A DNA stretch of 64,000 nt from NCBI RefSeq assembly GCF_009914755.1, contig NC_060938.1. One strand, given 5' to 3'. A program made the translations under genes and the position numbers. Below, one piece after another: positions 26,524-45,280 of the stretch. The notes beneath the pieces were generated by a model. That model saw nothing but the letters and a program-made list of their open reading frames with translations, had not been told where the DNA came from and searched no databases. The stretch is from the human T2T-CHM13v2.0 reference genome, Homo sapiens. Positions within the stretch are counted from its first letter, which is position 1; the number at the start of each line of letters is the position of its first letter.

Positions 26524-27540
26524 ATGGGGAAAAAACAGAGCAGAAAAACTGGAAACTCTAAAAAGCAGAGCACCTCTCCTCCTCCAAAGGAACGCAGTTC
26601 CTCACCAGCAACAGAACAAAGCTGGATGGAGAATGACTTTGACGAGCTGAGAGAAGAAGGCTTCAGATGATCAAATTACTCCCAGCTATGGGAGGACATT
26701 CAAATCAAAGGCAAAGAAGTTGAAAACTTTGAAAAAAGTTTAGAAGAATGTATAACTAGAATAACCAATACAGAGAAGTGCTTAAAGGAGCTGATGGAGC
26801 TGAAAACCAAGGCTCGAGAACTACGTAAAGAATGCAGAAGCCTCAGGAGCCGATGCAATCAACTGGAAGAAAGGGTATCAGCGATGGAAGATGAAATGAA
26901 TGAAATGAAGTGAGAAGGGAAGTTTAGAGAAAAAAGAATAAAAAGAAATGAGCAAAGCCTCCAAGAAATATGGGACTATGTGAAAAGACCAAATCTACCT
27001 CTGATTGGTGTACCTGAAAGTGACGGGGAGAATGGAACCAAGTTGGAAAACACTCTGCAGGATATTATCCAGGAGAACTTCCCCAATCTAGCAAGGCAGG
27101 CCAATGTTCAGATTCAGGAAATACAGAGAACGCCACAAAGATACTCCTTGAGAAGAGCAACTCCAAGACACATAATTGTCAGATTCACCAAAGTTGAAAT
27201 GAAGGAAAAAATGTTAAGGGCAGCCAGAGAGAAAGGTCGGGTTACCATCAAAGGGAAGCCCATCAGACTAACAGTGGATCTCTTGGCAGAAACTCTACAA
27301 GCCAGAAGAGAGTGGGGGCCAATATTCAACATACTTAAAGAAAAGAATTTTCAACCCGGAAATTCATATACAGCCAAACTAAGCTTCATAAGTGAAGGAG
27401 AAATAAAATACTTTACAGACAAGCAAATGCTGAGAGATTCTGTCACCACCAGGCCTGCCCTAAAAGAGCTCCTGAAGGAAGCGCTAAACATGGAAAGGAA
27501 CAACCGGTACCAGCCACTGCAAAATCATGCCAAAATGTAA
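26524..27540 (+). pseudogene. L1 ORF1: L1 ORF1p, inactivated
   Basis: ATG at 26524 to TAA at 27540, with in-frame TGA at 26668 and 26911 (CGA>TGA type). C-terminal half open (ARREWGPIFNILKEKNF). Confidence 0.93.
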
Positions 27541-27588
27541 AGACCATTGAGACTAGGAAGAAACTGCATGAACTAACGAGCAAAATAA

Positions 27589-31439
<3,851 letters not shown>

Positions 31440-32854
31440 ACAATGAGAACACATGGACACAGGAAGGGGAACATCACACTCTGGGGACTGTTGTGGGGTG
31501 GGGGGAGGGGGGAGGGATAGCATTGGGAGATATACCTAATGCTAGATGACGAGTTAGTGGGTGCAGCGCACCAGCATGGCACATGTATACATATGTAACT
31601 AACCTACATTGTGCATATGTACCCTAAAACTTAAAGTGTAATAATAAAAAAAAAATTAACTCAAGATGGATTAAAGACCTAAATATAGAACTCAAATCTA
31701 TAAAAATCCTGGACGACAACCTAGGCAATACCATTCTGGACATAGAAATGAGCAAAACTTTTTTAACAAAGATGCCAAAAGCAATTGCAACAAAAACAAA
31801 AATTGACAAATAAAATCTAATTAAAGAGCTTCTGCAAAGCAAAAGAAACTGTCAACAGAGTAAACAGACAACCTACAGAAAGGGAGAAAAATTTTGCAAA
31901 CTATGCATCTGACAAAGGTCTAATATCCAACATCTATAAGAAACTTAAATTTACAAGAAAAAATCAAACAACCCTATTAAAAAGTGGGCAAAGGACATGA
32001 AGAGACACTTTTCAAAAAGAGGACATACAAACATTCAAAAGAAGTCAACAATCATATAAAAGAAAGCTCAACATCACTGGTCATTAGAGAAATGCAAATC
32101 AAAACCATAATGAGACATTATCTCACACCAGTCAGAATGGCTATTATTAAAAAGTCAAAAAAATAACATGCTGGCTAGGTTGTGGAGAGAAAGAAGTGCT
32201 TATGCACTATTGTGGGAATGTAAATTAGTTCAACCATTGTGGAAGACAGTGTGGTAGTTCCTCAAAGACCTAAAAACAGAACTACCATTTGACCCAGCAA
32301 TTCCATTACTGGTTATATGCCCAAAGGAGTATAAATCATTCTATCATCAAGACACATGCACGCATATGTTCATTGTAGCACTATTAAGAAAAGCGAAGAC
32401 ATAGAATCAACCTAAATGTCCATCAGTGGTAGGCAGGATAAAGAAAATGTAGTACCTATATACCATGGAATACTGTGCAGACAAAAAATAATGAGATCAT
32501 GTCCTTTGCAGGAACATGGATGGAGCTGGAGGCTATTATCCTTAGCAAACTAACACAGGAACAGAAAACCTAATACTTATTAAGTGGGAGCTAAATGATG
32601 AGAACACAGGGACACATAGAGGGGAACAATGCACACTGGGGCCTATTGGAGGCTGGAAGCTGGGAGAAGAAAGAGGATTAAGAAAATTAATGCGTACTAG
32701 CAAGTTTAATAGGCTTATCAATAGGCGTAATACCTGGGTGATGAAATAATCTGTACAACAAACCCCTATGACACAAGTTTACCTATATAACAAACTGCAC
32801 ATGTACTCTGAACTTAAAAGTTAAATGAAATTTTTTTTAAAAAAAAACAAAGAA

Positions 32855-33187
32855 AACATTTAAGTTGGTAGGACTGAGTAAAGTAGTTTGTCTCTCAGAA
32901 GTAAGTTGACCTGACCAAATCAAGCAAAGACCTCAATAGTACAAAAAGTTTTACTCTCCCTAAAGTAATAAAAAATTCCTCCTGCCTAACTACCTTCAAA
33001 CTGGAACATCATGTTTTTGCCTGACTTCAGACTCCTACTGAAAGATCAATTCTTTCTGGGTCTTGAGCCCACAAGCCTTCAGACTGAAATTTATTGACTG
33101 TCCTGTGTCTTTGCTTGCCAACTCACCCTGCAGATTTTGGGACTTGTCAGCCCCTCATAATCACATGAGCCAATTCCTTATTCACAC
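32855..33187 (+). mobile_element. MLT2 LTR, piece 2 of 3
   Basis: aacatttaagttggtaggactgagtaaag...ctgcagattttgggacttgtcagcc...catgagccaattcctta. Confidence 0.8.
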
Positions 33188-33367
33188 TGACATGATTTGA
33201 TTCTATGTCCCGACTGAAATCTCATCTCCAATTTTAATCCCCATATGTGAGGGGAGGAACCTGGTAGGAGGTGATTGGATCATGGGGGTGGTTTCTCCCA
33301 TGCTTTTCTCATGATACAGAGTAAATTCTCATGAGACATGATGGTTTAAAAATGTGACATTTCCTCA

Positions 33368-33403
<36 letters not shown>

Positions 33404-35578
33404 TGCCACCATATGAGACATGCCTTGCTTCCTCTTCACCTTCCACTGTGATTGTAGGTTTCCTGAGGCCTCCACAGCCATGTGGAACTGTGAGACAATT
33501 AAACTTCCTTTCTTTATAAATTACCCAGTCTCAGGTAGTTCTTTATAGCAGTGTGAAAATGGACTCAAACAAAGAGTTGGGATCAGGAGTTTGGAGTACA
33601 ACTATAATAATACCTGAAAATATGAAAGCAACTTTGGAACTGGGTAACAGGCAGAAGTTGGAACAGTCTGGAGGGCTCAGACGAAGACGGAAGTTGTAGG
33701 AAAGTTTGGAACTTCCTACAGACTTGTTGAATAGTTTTAACCAAAACGCTGATAGCCATATGGACAATGAAGTCCAGGCTGAGGTGGTCTCAGATGAAGA
33801 TGAGGAACTTATTGGAAACGGGAGCAAAGGTCACTCTTGCTATGCTTTACCTAAGAGATTGGTGGCATTTTGCCCCTTTACTAGAGATCTGTGGAACTTC
33901 GAACTTGAGAGAGATGATTTAGGGTATCTGACAGAAGCAATTTTGAAGCAGCAAAGCATTCAAGATGTGACCTGGCTTTTTCTGAAAGCATACAGTCATA
34001 CACATTTACAAAGAGATGATCTGAAATTGGAACTTATATTTAAGAGAAAAGCAGTACTTAAAGGTTTGGAAAATTTGCAGCCTGACTATGCAGTAGAAAA
34101 GAAAAACCCATTTTCTGGGAAAAAGTCAAGCTGGCCACAGAAATTTTCATAAGTAACAAGGAGCCAGACGTTAAAAGCTGAGACAATGGGGAAAATGTCT
34201 CCAGGGTATTTCAGAGCTCTTCATGGCAGCCCCTCCCATCACAGGCCCAGAGGCCTAAGAGGGAAATATGGTTTCATAGGCTGGGCCCAGGGTCCTGTGC
34301 TGTTCTATACAACCTTGGGGCATGGCACCCAGAGTCCCACCCACTCCAGCTCCAACCATGGCTAAAAGAGGCCAAGGCAGAGTTTAGACCATTGCTTCAG
34401 AGGGTGCAAGCCCCAAGCCGTGATGGCTTCCACATGGTGTTGGGCCTCTGGGTGCATAAAAGACAAGGACTGAGCTTTGGGAGCCTCCACCTAGATTTCA
34501 GAGAATGTATGAAAATGCCTGGATGCCCAGGCAGAAGTCTGCTGCAGGGGTGGAATCCTCATGAAGAACCTCTACTAGGGCAATGCAGAGGGGAAATGTG
34601 GAGTTGGAGCGCACAGAGTCCCTACTGGGGCACTGTCTAGTGGAGCTGTGAGAAGACGGCCACCATCCTCCAGACCCCAGAATGGTAGATCCACTGAAAG
34701 CTTGCACTGTGTGCCTGGAGAAGCCACAGGCACTCAATGCCAGCCTGTGAAAGCAGCTGCAGGGACTGAACCCTGCAGAGCTACAGGGGCAGATTTTTCC
34801 AAGGCCATGGGAACCCACCCTTTGTATCACCCTGGATGTGAGACAGGGAGTCAAAGGAGGTTTTTTTGGAGGTTTAAGATTTAATGACTGCCCTCCTGGG
34901 TTTCAGAGTTACCTGGGACTCTTTGTAGTCCCTTTGTCTGTAGCCCCTTTGTTTTGGCCAATTTCTCTTTTGGAATGGCAACATTTACCTAATGCCTGTA
35001 CCCTCATTGTATCTTGGAAGTAACTAACTTGTTTTTATTTTACAGGCTCCTAGGTGGAAGAGACTTTGCCTTGTCTCAGATGAAATTTTGGACTTTGACT
35101 TTTGAGTTAATGCTCCAATGAGTAAAGACTTTAGGGGACTGTTGAGAAGGCATGACTGAATTTGCAATGGAAGAAGGACATGATATTTGAGAGGAGTCAG
35201 GGGCAGAATGATATGGTTTGGCTCTGTGTCCCCACCCAAATCTCATCTTGAATTGTAATCCCCACATGTTAGGGGAGGGACCTGGTGGGAGGTGATTGGA
35301 TCAAGAGAGTTGTTTCCTCCATGCTGTTTTCATGATAGTGAGTGAATTTTCATGATATCTGATGGTTTAGAGGTGTAGCACTTCCCCCTCTTCTCTCTCT
35401 CTCTCACTCCTGCTGCAATGTAAGACGTGCCTTGCTTCCCCTTTGCCTTCCACCATGATTGTAAGTTTCCTGAGGCGTCCCCAGCCATGTAGAACTGTGA
35501 GTCAATTAAACCTCTTTTCTTTATAAATTATCCAGTCTCTGGCAGTTCTTTATAGCACTGTGAGACTGGACTAATACA
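33188..35578 (+). mobile_element. Full-length THE1D-like MaLR (LTRs 33188-33571 and 35209-35578)
   Basis: TG...CA termini, two ~370-385-bp LTRs, internal peptide 33706-34152, TSD cacac at 33183-33187 and 35579-35583. Confidence 0.92.
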
Positions 35579-35678
35579 CACACACACACACACACCCCTT
35601 ATTGGACATATATATATTATATTGGATATATCATATATTTGCAATAAGTTGTCTCCCTGAAGAACTCCTATTAATACA
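35579..35678 (+). mobile_element. MLT2 LTR, piece 3 of 3 (3' end), with (CA)n/(TA)n
   Basis: TA-rich tract, then tctccctgaagaactcctattaataca, the MLT2 3' terminus. Confidence 0.7.
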
Positions 35679-35829
35679 CATTATTTTCTGTTTAATGATT
35701 CAACTTAATTCCTGCAGAATGGCTTTATGTTTTTAATATTTGTTATTCTTGAGTATTCTTTTCAATTGAGGAAGATGCAACTCTTTTTCTGATTTGCACA
35801 AAGATATCAAAGGCCAGTGGTAGCTTTGG

Positions 35830-36070
35830 AGGTAGTATAGAACAGAGAAGCCAACATTGTAAAGGGATTTACAGCCAGAACTTAAGCCTGTTTAATATCT
35901 GACTTCACACCCATTGGGTGAGTGGTCTTGGGCTCATGCCGTGCCCTCTGTGCTTTAGTTTTTTTATCTACAATATGGAGCTGACATGATTTAAGTAATT
36001 ATACTATAAAAATCACTTACAACAGTGCCTAACAAGTAGCTATAAGTACTAGATATTGCTATTATTATTA
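35830..36070 (+). mobile_element. MIR SINE fragment
   Basis: ctctgtgctttagtttttttatctacaatatgg core and acttacaacagtgcct...tattattat tail. Confidence 0.65.
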
Positions 36071-37582
36071 TCTTTAGTATATTTAAAGTGCATGTTACAA
36101 TTTCTTAAATTCTATTGAGCATGAAACATATGGTATCCTTTATTATTAGGATCACCCCATTCCAGAAAACTAAAGGCAAATTAGAAGGGAAAAATTATCT
36201 TCTCATTGAACCTTTGACATGAACATGGCATGTCACTGATGCCAATTTTGAAAGGGTGGGTTTTTTTGTTATTTTTTTTCATATATCTCAGAGTCAGGAA
36301 TACATTATGTATCCTCTAACTTTTCTTCTTAATATCAACCTTGCCTCTGTTTTTAGAAAAATATAGTTCACTTATAATTATTCCATTCATTAAAATGTTA
36401 AGTGCTAAAGATACACTGGTGAATATGTAATTCCTGACCTTAAAAATTTCCCATTAACAAAGGTAATTATCAGTGTGGATAATACCACAGTAGCTAAATT
36501 ACCAGTTGGCTTTTCTAACCATGACTGTAGGCTTTAAATTCCAGAAACAAAGTAATCAAATAGAAAAAGACTCTAAGAATTTGAAGGTAGTTCAAGGAAG
36601 AATCCCAAAAGCACAAACAGCTAACTTAATTATTTAATCTTTGTTCCATCATTGGCCTTTCTGTGGTGCCATACCTTGCACAAATGATATTTTTGGAAAG
36701 GAAACTCAAACTATGTTAGAAAATGGTATTCAGGTTTCATATTAGGTCTGAAGGAACTATTGAAACTGACAAAGATAATCAGAATTTTTATCTAGTGGAA
36801 AAGTTACTGCACTAACTCTATTACCATTTTAAAGCAATGTGTACTAATTTCCCACTGAATGAGGCTAGGCTACACCTCCTTATAGCTACACTCCAGGGTC
36901 ACAATAGCCATGTCATCACTACAGAGCCAGGATAAAAATCTTAGCTAATGAGCTGTCTTCCCACCCCAGAAAGAGTGGCCCAAGGAGTTTAAGAGAAAGC
37001 TACCCAGCCTTCTTCTCTTGTAATAAACAGAGCAGCTGCTGAGATACCATTACCATAACAAGTGAATAACCTCAAAGAGACACTGATTTGGAATCCTTCA
37101 GGAGTAGACAACCCCCGGGTATAGGGGCACCTTCTAGCACCCAGACCTCACATGATTCTAATATATTCTCAGGAAAGCATTCTGTGTATCCATGATGTCC
37201 ATCTCTGAAGCCGCTGTTTGCCCTAGTGGCTTCAGCCAGGCTGCTCCAGGAGTCCCTTGGCAAGCACCCAAATCCACTTCAGGACACTGATTGACATCTT
37301 TGTCTGACTGAATCTCACATGATTTTGGATTTTACTTGAATTGTTTTCAGTGGTTAAAATAACAACATTCTGACTGCTTCATTGGTTATATTCCCAACAG
37401 TGATCTAACTTAAAATCATTTCACCACTATGCTTTTATTTCTTTCTCCTCTCTCCAATTATTTTCTTTCTTTCTCTGAGCTCACCTTTGGGTCAGCAGCA
37501 ATGAAACAAAAGAAGCTGACTTAGTGGAGTTGGGATAGTGGCTATAGATAAGCAATGATGAATAAGAAATTACTTATGTGTG

Positions 37583-37969
37583 TGTCATAGACCGAGTGTT
37601 TGTGTCCCCTCTCCCTCAAATTTGTATGTTGAAGCCTTAACTCACAATGTGATGGTATTTGGAGACAGACTTTGGCAATTAGGATTAAATAAATTCATGA
37701 AGATGAAGCCCTCATGATAGAATGTGTTCTTTAAAAATAAAATAAAAAAAAAGGCACCAGAGAGGACTCTCTCTCTCTCTTCAGGCATGCACCAGGGAAG
37801 GCCATGTGAGCACACAGCAAGCAAGTGGCCATGTGAAAGCCAGGAAGAAAGCCCTCACCAAGAATCAAATCCACTGGTGCCTTGCTCTTGGACTGTCCAG
37901 CCTCCAATTTTTATTATTTAAGTCACCCAGTCTGTGATATTTTGTTGTGGTAGCCTGAACTGACTTACA
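37583..37969 (+). mobile_element. MLT1A-type solo LTR
   Basis: tgtcatagaccgagtgtttgtgtcccc...aatgtgatggtatttggag...gccctcacc...tagcctgaactgacttaca. Confidence 0.85.
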
Positions 37970-39227
37970 TAGCATGGAATAGACCTGATGCTATTGATCT
38001 GAATAGCCTTGTAAATCTTGAATATTCTGGATCCTCTATTAGCACTGGAACATGTCAGGAATTATTTTATTTGCTCATTTATTTATATTAACAGTCTTAG
38101 AAATGCTTGTAAGCAACACTTTTATCAAAGACCATCTTATATCAAAGTAGAATTCTTTAAAAATGTTAAGCTTTGCAGTCATTGTAAATGTAAGTATAAG
38201 CATATTTCAAGATGCGGTAAGAGACTAATGCACCAAAAGTTCAAATGTAAAATCAATTTAACTGAAACAAATTATTTTCAGTCATTCAACAAAATTAATG
38301 AAATTTCTTCTAGATGGATATGGTGCTAGATGGGCATGAACTGTGCAAGGTTGAGGGGGTAGTAAGAAATTAAGAAATGAGTAAGACATGGCCCTTCCTG
38401 GGCTTGATCCCTGACATCCAAAAACCTGTCATATCCACCCGAAGAAGCTTCTGCAATAATTAATTTGTCTGTGTCTATTATAGGCATATTCATCATTGAC
38501 TCCATTTTTTAAATTCTTATTCATATGCTATTTATTGTGACTTTAGTCCATACTGTGAAATACATGTTCTTATTCCCAAAGTGATCATTTTTCTAAGTAT
38601 ATAGATAGGAATCAATTTGATTTTCAGAGTTAGTACAGCCTAGTAACACATCACTGCAAAAAAAAAAAAAAAAGGAGGAGGAAAAAAAAAAAGCCAAGCT
38701 CAAAAGTTATTCACTTAGATACAAAAACAGACTCTTCAAAGGCTTACAGGCTGCATTTAAGTCTCTCCATTGGAGATAATGAGACACCATCTGCGTGCCA
38801 CTCATTTACAGAGTTTTATGTAGCCAGAAAAGAATGATCAAATATCCATCCAGAGCCAATTGTACCATCTATTTTTCTATAGTACATAATATAAATGCAT
38901 ATAATTATTTCAGAAACTAAATTATTTTTATTAAAAGAAATATACTTTTGAATATATTTAATCTTTTAATAACATCTTGTGGCAGGAAAAATGTATTTTC
39001 TCTTTCAAAGAATATGTGAGTTGAGTGCTTATCCACACCACTTTCATACTTGTTTTTAAAAAAAGTAATAAACTTTAGTGTCACCTTCACCCATGTTTAG
39101 AGGAGAATAAAATGAAAGTCCAACAGCAGCAGCAAAATGAGTTAGGATTGAAACATTTTCCCTACCGGAAAAGAAGTGAAGAACTAACTTTTATAGGCTC
39201 AAAAGTGGATTTTAGAAACATAATATT

Positions 39228-39838
<611 letters not shown>

Positions 39839-40302
39839 AGAAACATAATATAAATCAGAGATAATCTCCCATTGTGAAATGACTTTTTGTTTAAAAAAAG
39901 TTCCCTATACCCTAAAAGTATACAGGGGAATATTACATCCAAATAATAATAATAATAAACTGTTCACAGAGCAACTGCTTTCAGACCAATTCAATACTAA
40001 AGTATACGACATAAACTTTTGTTTGCCTCTAAAAGACAGAAAGTAGGGTTGTAAAAGGCTTTACTCTTCTGAAACTATTTTCTCATATATAAAATGGTGT
40101 CCTGTGGTAGCTCTAAGATACTATTTAGCTAAAGCAGTTTGTCCTCACATAGGATAACATCAAAAAAACATGTAATGGGCAGGTGTAAAGTTCACACATT
40201 GTTAATGAAAAGGAAAACTGAGAATCACAGCTAAGAGGTTTATAAATAAACTAAGTAAATATTACCTAGATATTATTGATAAATATTTAAAACTTTTTGA
40301 AA

Positions 40303-41805
40303 TTTTTTTTTTTTTAGATGCCAGGGGTATATGAGCTTGTTTTTTACATGGGTATATTGTATCATGGTGGGAATTGGGCTTCTAGTGCGCCCATCACCCA
40401 GATATTGAACATTGTACCCAAAAGGTCATTTTTCAGCCCTCAGCAGCCTCTGATCCTCCCCTTTTGGAGTCCCCAGTGTTTATTATCACCATCTTTATGT
40501 CATGTATACCCATTATTTAGCTCTTGCATAAATGAGAACATGTGGTATTTTTCTGTTTCTGAGTTAGTTCTGTTAGGATAATAGCCTCCAGCTCCATCCA
40601 TGTTGCTGAAAAGAACATGATTTCATTCTTTTTATGGCTGCATACTATTCCATGGTAATCTATGCCACATTTTCGTTATCCAGTCAACCCTTGATGGACA
40701 CTTAGATTGGTTCTACAACTTTGCTATTGTGAATAGTGTTGTAATAAACACACAGGTGCAGGTGTCTTTTTTATATAACGATTTTCTTTCCTTTGGGTAG
40801 ATACCCAGTGGTGAGATTGCTGGCTCAAATAGTAGTTCTATTTTTAGTTCTTTAAGAAATCCTCAAAGTCAAAAGACAACAGATGCCAGAGACGTTGCAG
40901 AGAAAAGGGAATGCTTATATGCTGTTGAAGGAAATGTAAATCAATTCAGCCACTGTGGAAAGCAGTTTGAAGAGTTCTCAAAGAACTTAAAACAGAGCTA
41001 ACATTCAACCCTGCAGTCCCATCACTGGGTAAATACCCCAAAGGAAAATAAATTATTCTACCAAAAAGATACTCACACTCCTATGTTCATTGCTATGATA
41101 TTCACTATAGCAAAAACATGGACTCAACCTAGATACCACTTAATGCAGATTGGATGACAAAAATGTGGTACATATACTCCATGGAATACTATATAGCCAT
41201 AAAAAAGAATTAAATTATGTCTTTTGCAGCAACTTGGATGCATGCAGCTGGAGGCCATGATCCTAAGCTAATTAATGTAAAAACAGAAAACCACATACCT
41301 CATGTCCTCATTTGTACATGGGAACTAAACACTGACCACACATGGACACTGCAAACTACTAGAGGGAGTAGGGATGGAGAGAGTGGGGCATGGATTGAAA
41401 AACTATCTATTGGGTAATATGGTGTATCTTGGATGAAAGGACACATACCCCAAACCTCAGCATCACACAATATACCTATGTAACAAACTTGTACATGTAC
41501 CTCCATATCTAAAATAAAAGTTGAAAATTGAAAAAAAAAGAAATCTCCATACTGTTTTTCATAGAGATTGAACTAATTTACATTCCCACCAACAGGGTAT
41601 AAGCATCCACTTTTCTCCACATCCACACCAACATCTGTTGTTTGGCATTTTAATAACAGCCATTCTCCCTGATGTAAGATGATACCTCAAAGTAGTTTTA
41701 ATTTGCATTTATTTGATGATTAGTGATGTTGAGCATTTTTTTTATGTGTTTCTTGGCCACTTGTATTTCTTGTTTTGGGAAATGTCTGTTAATGTCCTTT
41801 TCTGA
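40303..41805 (-). mobile_element. L1 3' end (L1PA16/L1PB-era), split by a sense L1
   Basis: Poly(T) then antisense 3'UTR up to 40861; resumes at 41538 (agaaatctccatactgtttttc...cattcccaccaacag). Confidence 0.88.
40862..41537 (+). mobile_element. 5'-truncated L1 (L1PA16/L1PB4-like) inserted in the antisense L1
   Basis: End of ORF2, 3'UTR and poly(A); TSD aagaaatc at 40854-40861 and 41538-41545. Confidence 0.88.
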
Positions 41806-42779
41806 GAAAAACTATTATTTTTTTAGAGGCAAAAATTTGCATTCAAAAGAACCCAAGTCATCACTAGGTGATCAATAGGTCCTTAGGAAGATGAGAGTAA
41901 TGAATTACAGATACCAGGAGATGAGAATTACTTTAGATAGAAGTCCATCATCAGTCACACCAAGAGAAGGCAGCAGAAGAACAGACCCCTGTCCACTGTA
42001 ATATCTCACTCTTATCCATAAGTACAACCTTTAATCAGCCTCTACTGCTCAACTCGAATCACACTGAAACCTTCCCTGATGTCCCAATCAGATTCACCTA
42101 CTTCTCTTCACATAGTCTTATTTAATAATGACGACTTTCAGAGAGCTTTCCCTCTCTGTGTATCAGAGCCTGGCAGAATCTCCGATACATAATAAGTGCT
42201 TAGTAACTATTTTTGGAATGAATGGGAAAATTTCTCAAAATATTGCTTTGATATTTCTAGAGTTTTCCTCCTCAACATTCCTACAAGATGGTTTCAGGAA
42301 CAAAAAAAAAACAAAAAACAAAAAACAAAACAAAAAAAAACAGGAAAGGAGGGAGGAAAGGAAAAGAGGCCCACCTAAGGATCAATAATAATGAGAATTC
42401 CCTGAGTAGGAACTCAGATTTCCTTATAGCTTAATACTCACCACAGAGCCTAGCACAATGTCTTGTGTTCAGTAACACTAGATAGGGAAGATTTGTGAAT
42501 TTGAGTTATATTAGCTCTGTTTAGATGAAGGATAATTTTTATCCCATTTCCTATGCTTCTACAAGTCCTAATATATTTGAGGTTGTTGAGATCAACCACG
42601 GTCTTATGTTTCTAGATCTTTGTTCTTCCCCCTTTGTCCTCAGGCCCTGACTCTGGTTATTCCTTTCTCTATACTACCCTTTTACGTTATATATACTATA
42701 TAACCTCACTGGTTATGCCAGCTTACAATTCTATGTGCCATGGTGCTTATTTCTGTGCCAGTACCAGCAAAGTGGTTAG

Positions 42780-45205
42780 TTAGCCAAAGTAGGCATCGAA
42801 TAGTAGTTTGTCAATGACGACCCCTCCAGAACCAACAATCCACTGGTCTCCCATGTCCCTTCCTCCTTTCATATTCTCACTTCCCAACATATCCATCTTA
42901 GATTTCAAGGCCCAGCTCTGTAATCACTCTGGTGTATCCACTTTCAGCTCTCCTGGTCTTCCGTTGTTTAGTTGTACCTGTTTGGCAAACTCCAGTCCTG
43001 CTTAGATCTAATATTCCATCTACTGCTCACCTGTACCTAAGGACTTAAATGTATATAAAGATAAACTGCATTAAATGTTTGAAGTGTTGATCTCATTTTA
43101 AATTCATAATTGATAACCTCAAATGAGTTCATAGTTTCACCCAGGAAATCTACTGTATTTCCTCAGAATATTCACTCTATTAGTCCGTTCTCACACTGCT
43201 ATAAAGAACTACCTGAGACTGGGTAATTTATTTAAAAAAATGGTTTAATTGACTCACAGTTTGTCAGGCTATACAGAAGGCATGGCTGGGAGGCCTCAGA
43301 AAACTTACAATCAAAGAGGAAGCCAACACATCTTACATGGCAGGAGTAATAGGAAGAGAGCAAAGAGGGAGGTGCTACAACCAGATCTTGTGAGAACCCT
43401 ATCAGGAGACAGCACTAGGAGGACGGTGCTAAACTGCTAGAAACCACCACTATGATCCAATCACCTCCCACAAGACCCCACCTCCAACACTGGGAATTAC
43501 AATTCAACATAAGATTTGGGTGGGGACACAGAGCCAAACCATATTAACTCTCCAACTCTTCTAAATAATTATGTTTTTTACCTTCTTCTCAAACTTCCAA
43601 CAGTTCCTCTCCTTCTTCATTTTTATCAGATAACCTCAGTTCCTACTGAGAAAACAAAAGCAATCAGAGGAGGACTTGTTCTACCACATCTACCCAATTA
43701 TTACTTCTAGCCCTGTCTTTCCTTCTGTTCCCTTTATGGACAGACTGTCTCTACTCCTATCAAAGCCAACCCTGCCGTTGCGTACTCGATCCCTTCCCTC
43801 TTATCTATTCCATCAATTCTTTCCACTATGTCATTTCTATCTTTAGACAAACAGGCCATCATTTCTTTAATCTTAAATAGACACTCCGTCTTCCTTCCTC
43901 CATCTCTTATACCACTTTCTCCTCTACTATTCCATTGCTCTTCTGCCCTTTACAGAAAAGTCCCTCAAAATAGTTATCTATACTTGCTATTTTCAATTCC
44001 TCTCCTCCTATTCTCTCTTGAACTCTCTCCAAATCATACTTTTCATGCTTTTGTTTTCAGCACCTATTCGCCCATGACCTCCATGTTGCTAAATCCAATC
44101 ATCCATTTTCAGTTCTTATGTTAGCTGAACTATCAGAAGAGTTCTTTTGCTGTTTCTTCCAAATCTTCCTAACTACTGAACAATCAGTTGCCTTAGATTT
44201 CTCTTTTTTTCTACCTATATTCACTCTGTTAATGATCTCATCCAGGTTCATAGCTTCAAGTACCATTCACAGAAAAAATGACCCCAAATTTATATCTCCA
44301 GCCAGACCTCTCACCTGAACTTGACAGTCATATGCCCTACACCACCTCAACATCTACTTTGAAGGTCTAACAGGATCTCAATCTTAGCCTTCCCAAAGGT
44401 AAACTCCAGGCTTCCCAGATACCTGTTTCCAAAATTTTTCATTTCAGTAAATGCAATTATATCCTTTCACTTCCTCAGTATAAATCTTAAAGTCATCCTT
44501 CACTCCTCATATCCTATGTCCAATCTATCAACAAACCCTGTTGATTCTACAATTTTTCTCTCTCGCCCTCTTTCCTTCTCGATAGCTAAAGATCTACATA
44601 TCTATAAATATGTGACAAATAACCACTTTTCACCACTATCTCCTGTCACCATCTTCCCAAACCACCACCACCACGTACCTGAATTACTGCAATAGCTTTA
44701 ACTAGTCTCCCAGTTTTCGCTTTTCCCCCTTCATCTATTCTTAACATAACCACCAAAGTGATGCTTTTAAAACATACATTTAAATCATGTCACTACTTTT
44801 GTCAAAGCCCACCTATGGCTTCCCATCTCAGAGTTAAAATCAAGGTCTTTATAATGGCTACAAGGCTCTCTACCATCTGGCTTTTATTACTTCTCCAACC
44901 TCATATGTTATTGTTCTCCCCTTGGCTCATTTCATTGCAGCTTTACTAGCCTTGTTGCTATTATTTGAAAGTAGCAGCAGAAAGTAGCAGCATCATTTGT
45001 ACTTGCTTTTCTCTCTGCCTGGAATGCTCTTCCCCCTATATCCACATGGTTTACTTCCTCACCTTCTGTGGGTCTTTGCTCAAATATTGCCTCAGTGAGG
45101 CTTTCCTTGTCCACCCAGTTTTAAATGGCAACTCCTTCCTTATACCTTCCCAGTACTCCTTGCCTCCTTCCCTGCTTCATTTTCCTCCACAGCACCTATC
45201 ATCAT
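42780..45205 (+). mobile_element. L2 LINE fragment (long), interrupted by an MSTA LTR
   Basis: C/T-rich L2 motifs: atgacctccatgttgctaaatccaat, caaatttatatctccagcc, tctctgcctggaatgctcttcccc. Confidence 0.8.
43176..43546 (-). mobile_element. MSTA-type solo LTR
   Basis: attagtccgttctcacactgctataaagaactacctgagactggg...gggacacagagccaaaccatatta. Confidence 0.88.
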
Positions 45206-45221
45206 CTGTTGAGTTCCCCAG

Positions 45222-45280
45222 GAATATAGTTGCCAGATAAAATACAAGATACCCAGTCACATTTGAACTTCAACTTATTT
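45222..45280. mobile_element. MER33-like hAT DNA transposon end fragment
   Basis: gttgccagataaaatacaagatacccagtcacatttgaa. Confidence 0.55.

Noticed and set aside
31482-31516. G-rich quadruplex motif
   Set aside because: It is the standard L1PA 3'UTR polypurine tract.
40303-41805. Twin-priming inversion of a single L1
   Set aside because: Both orientations carry their own 3'UTR and tail, and the inner copy has its own TSD.
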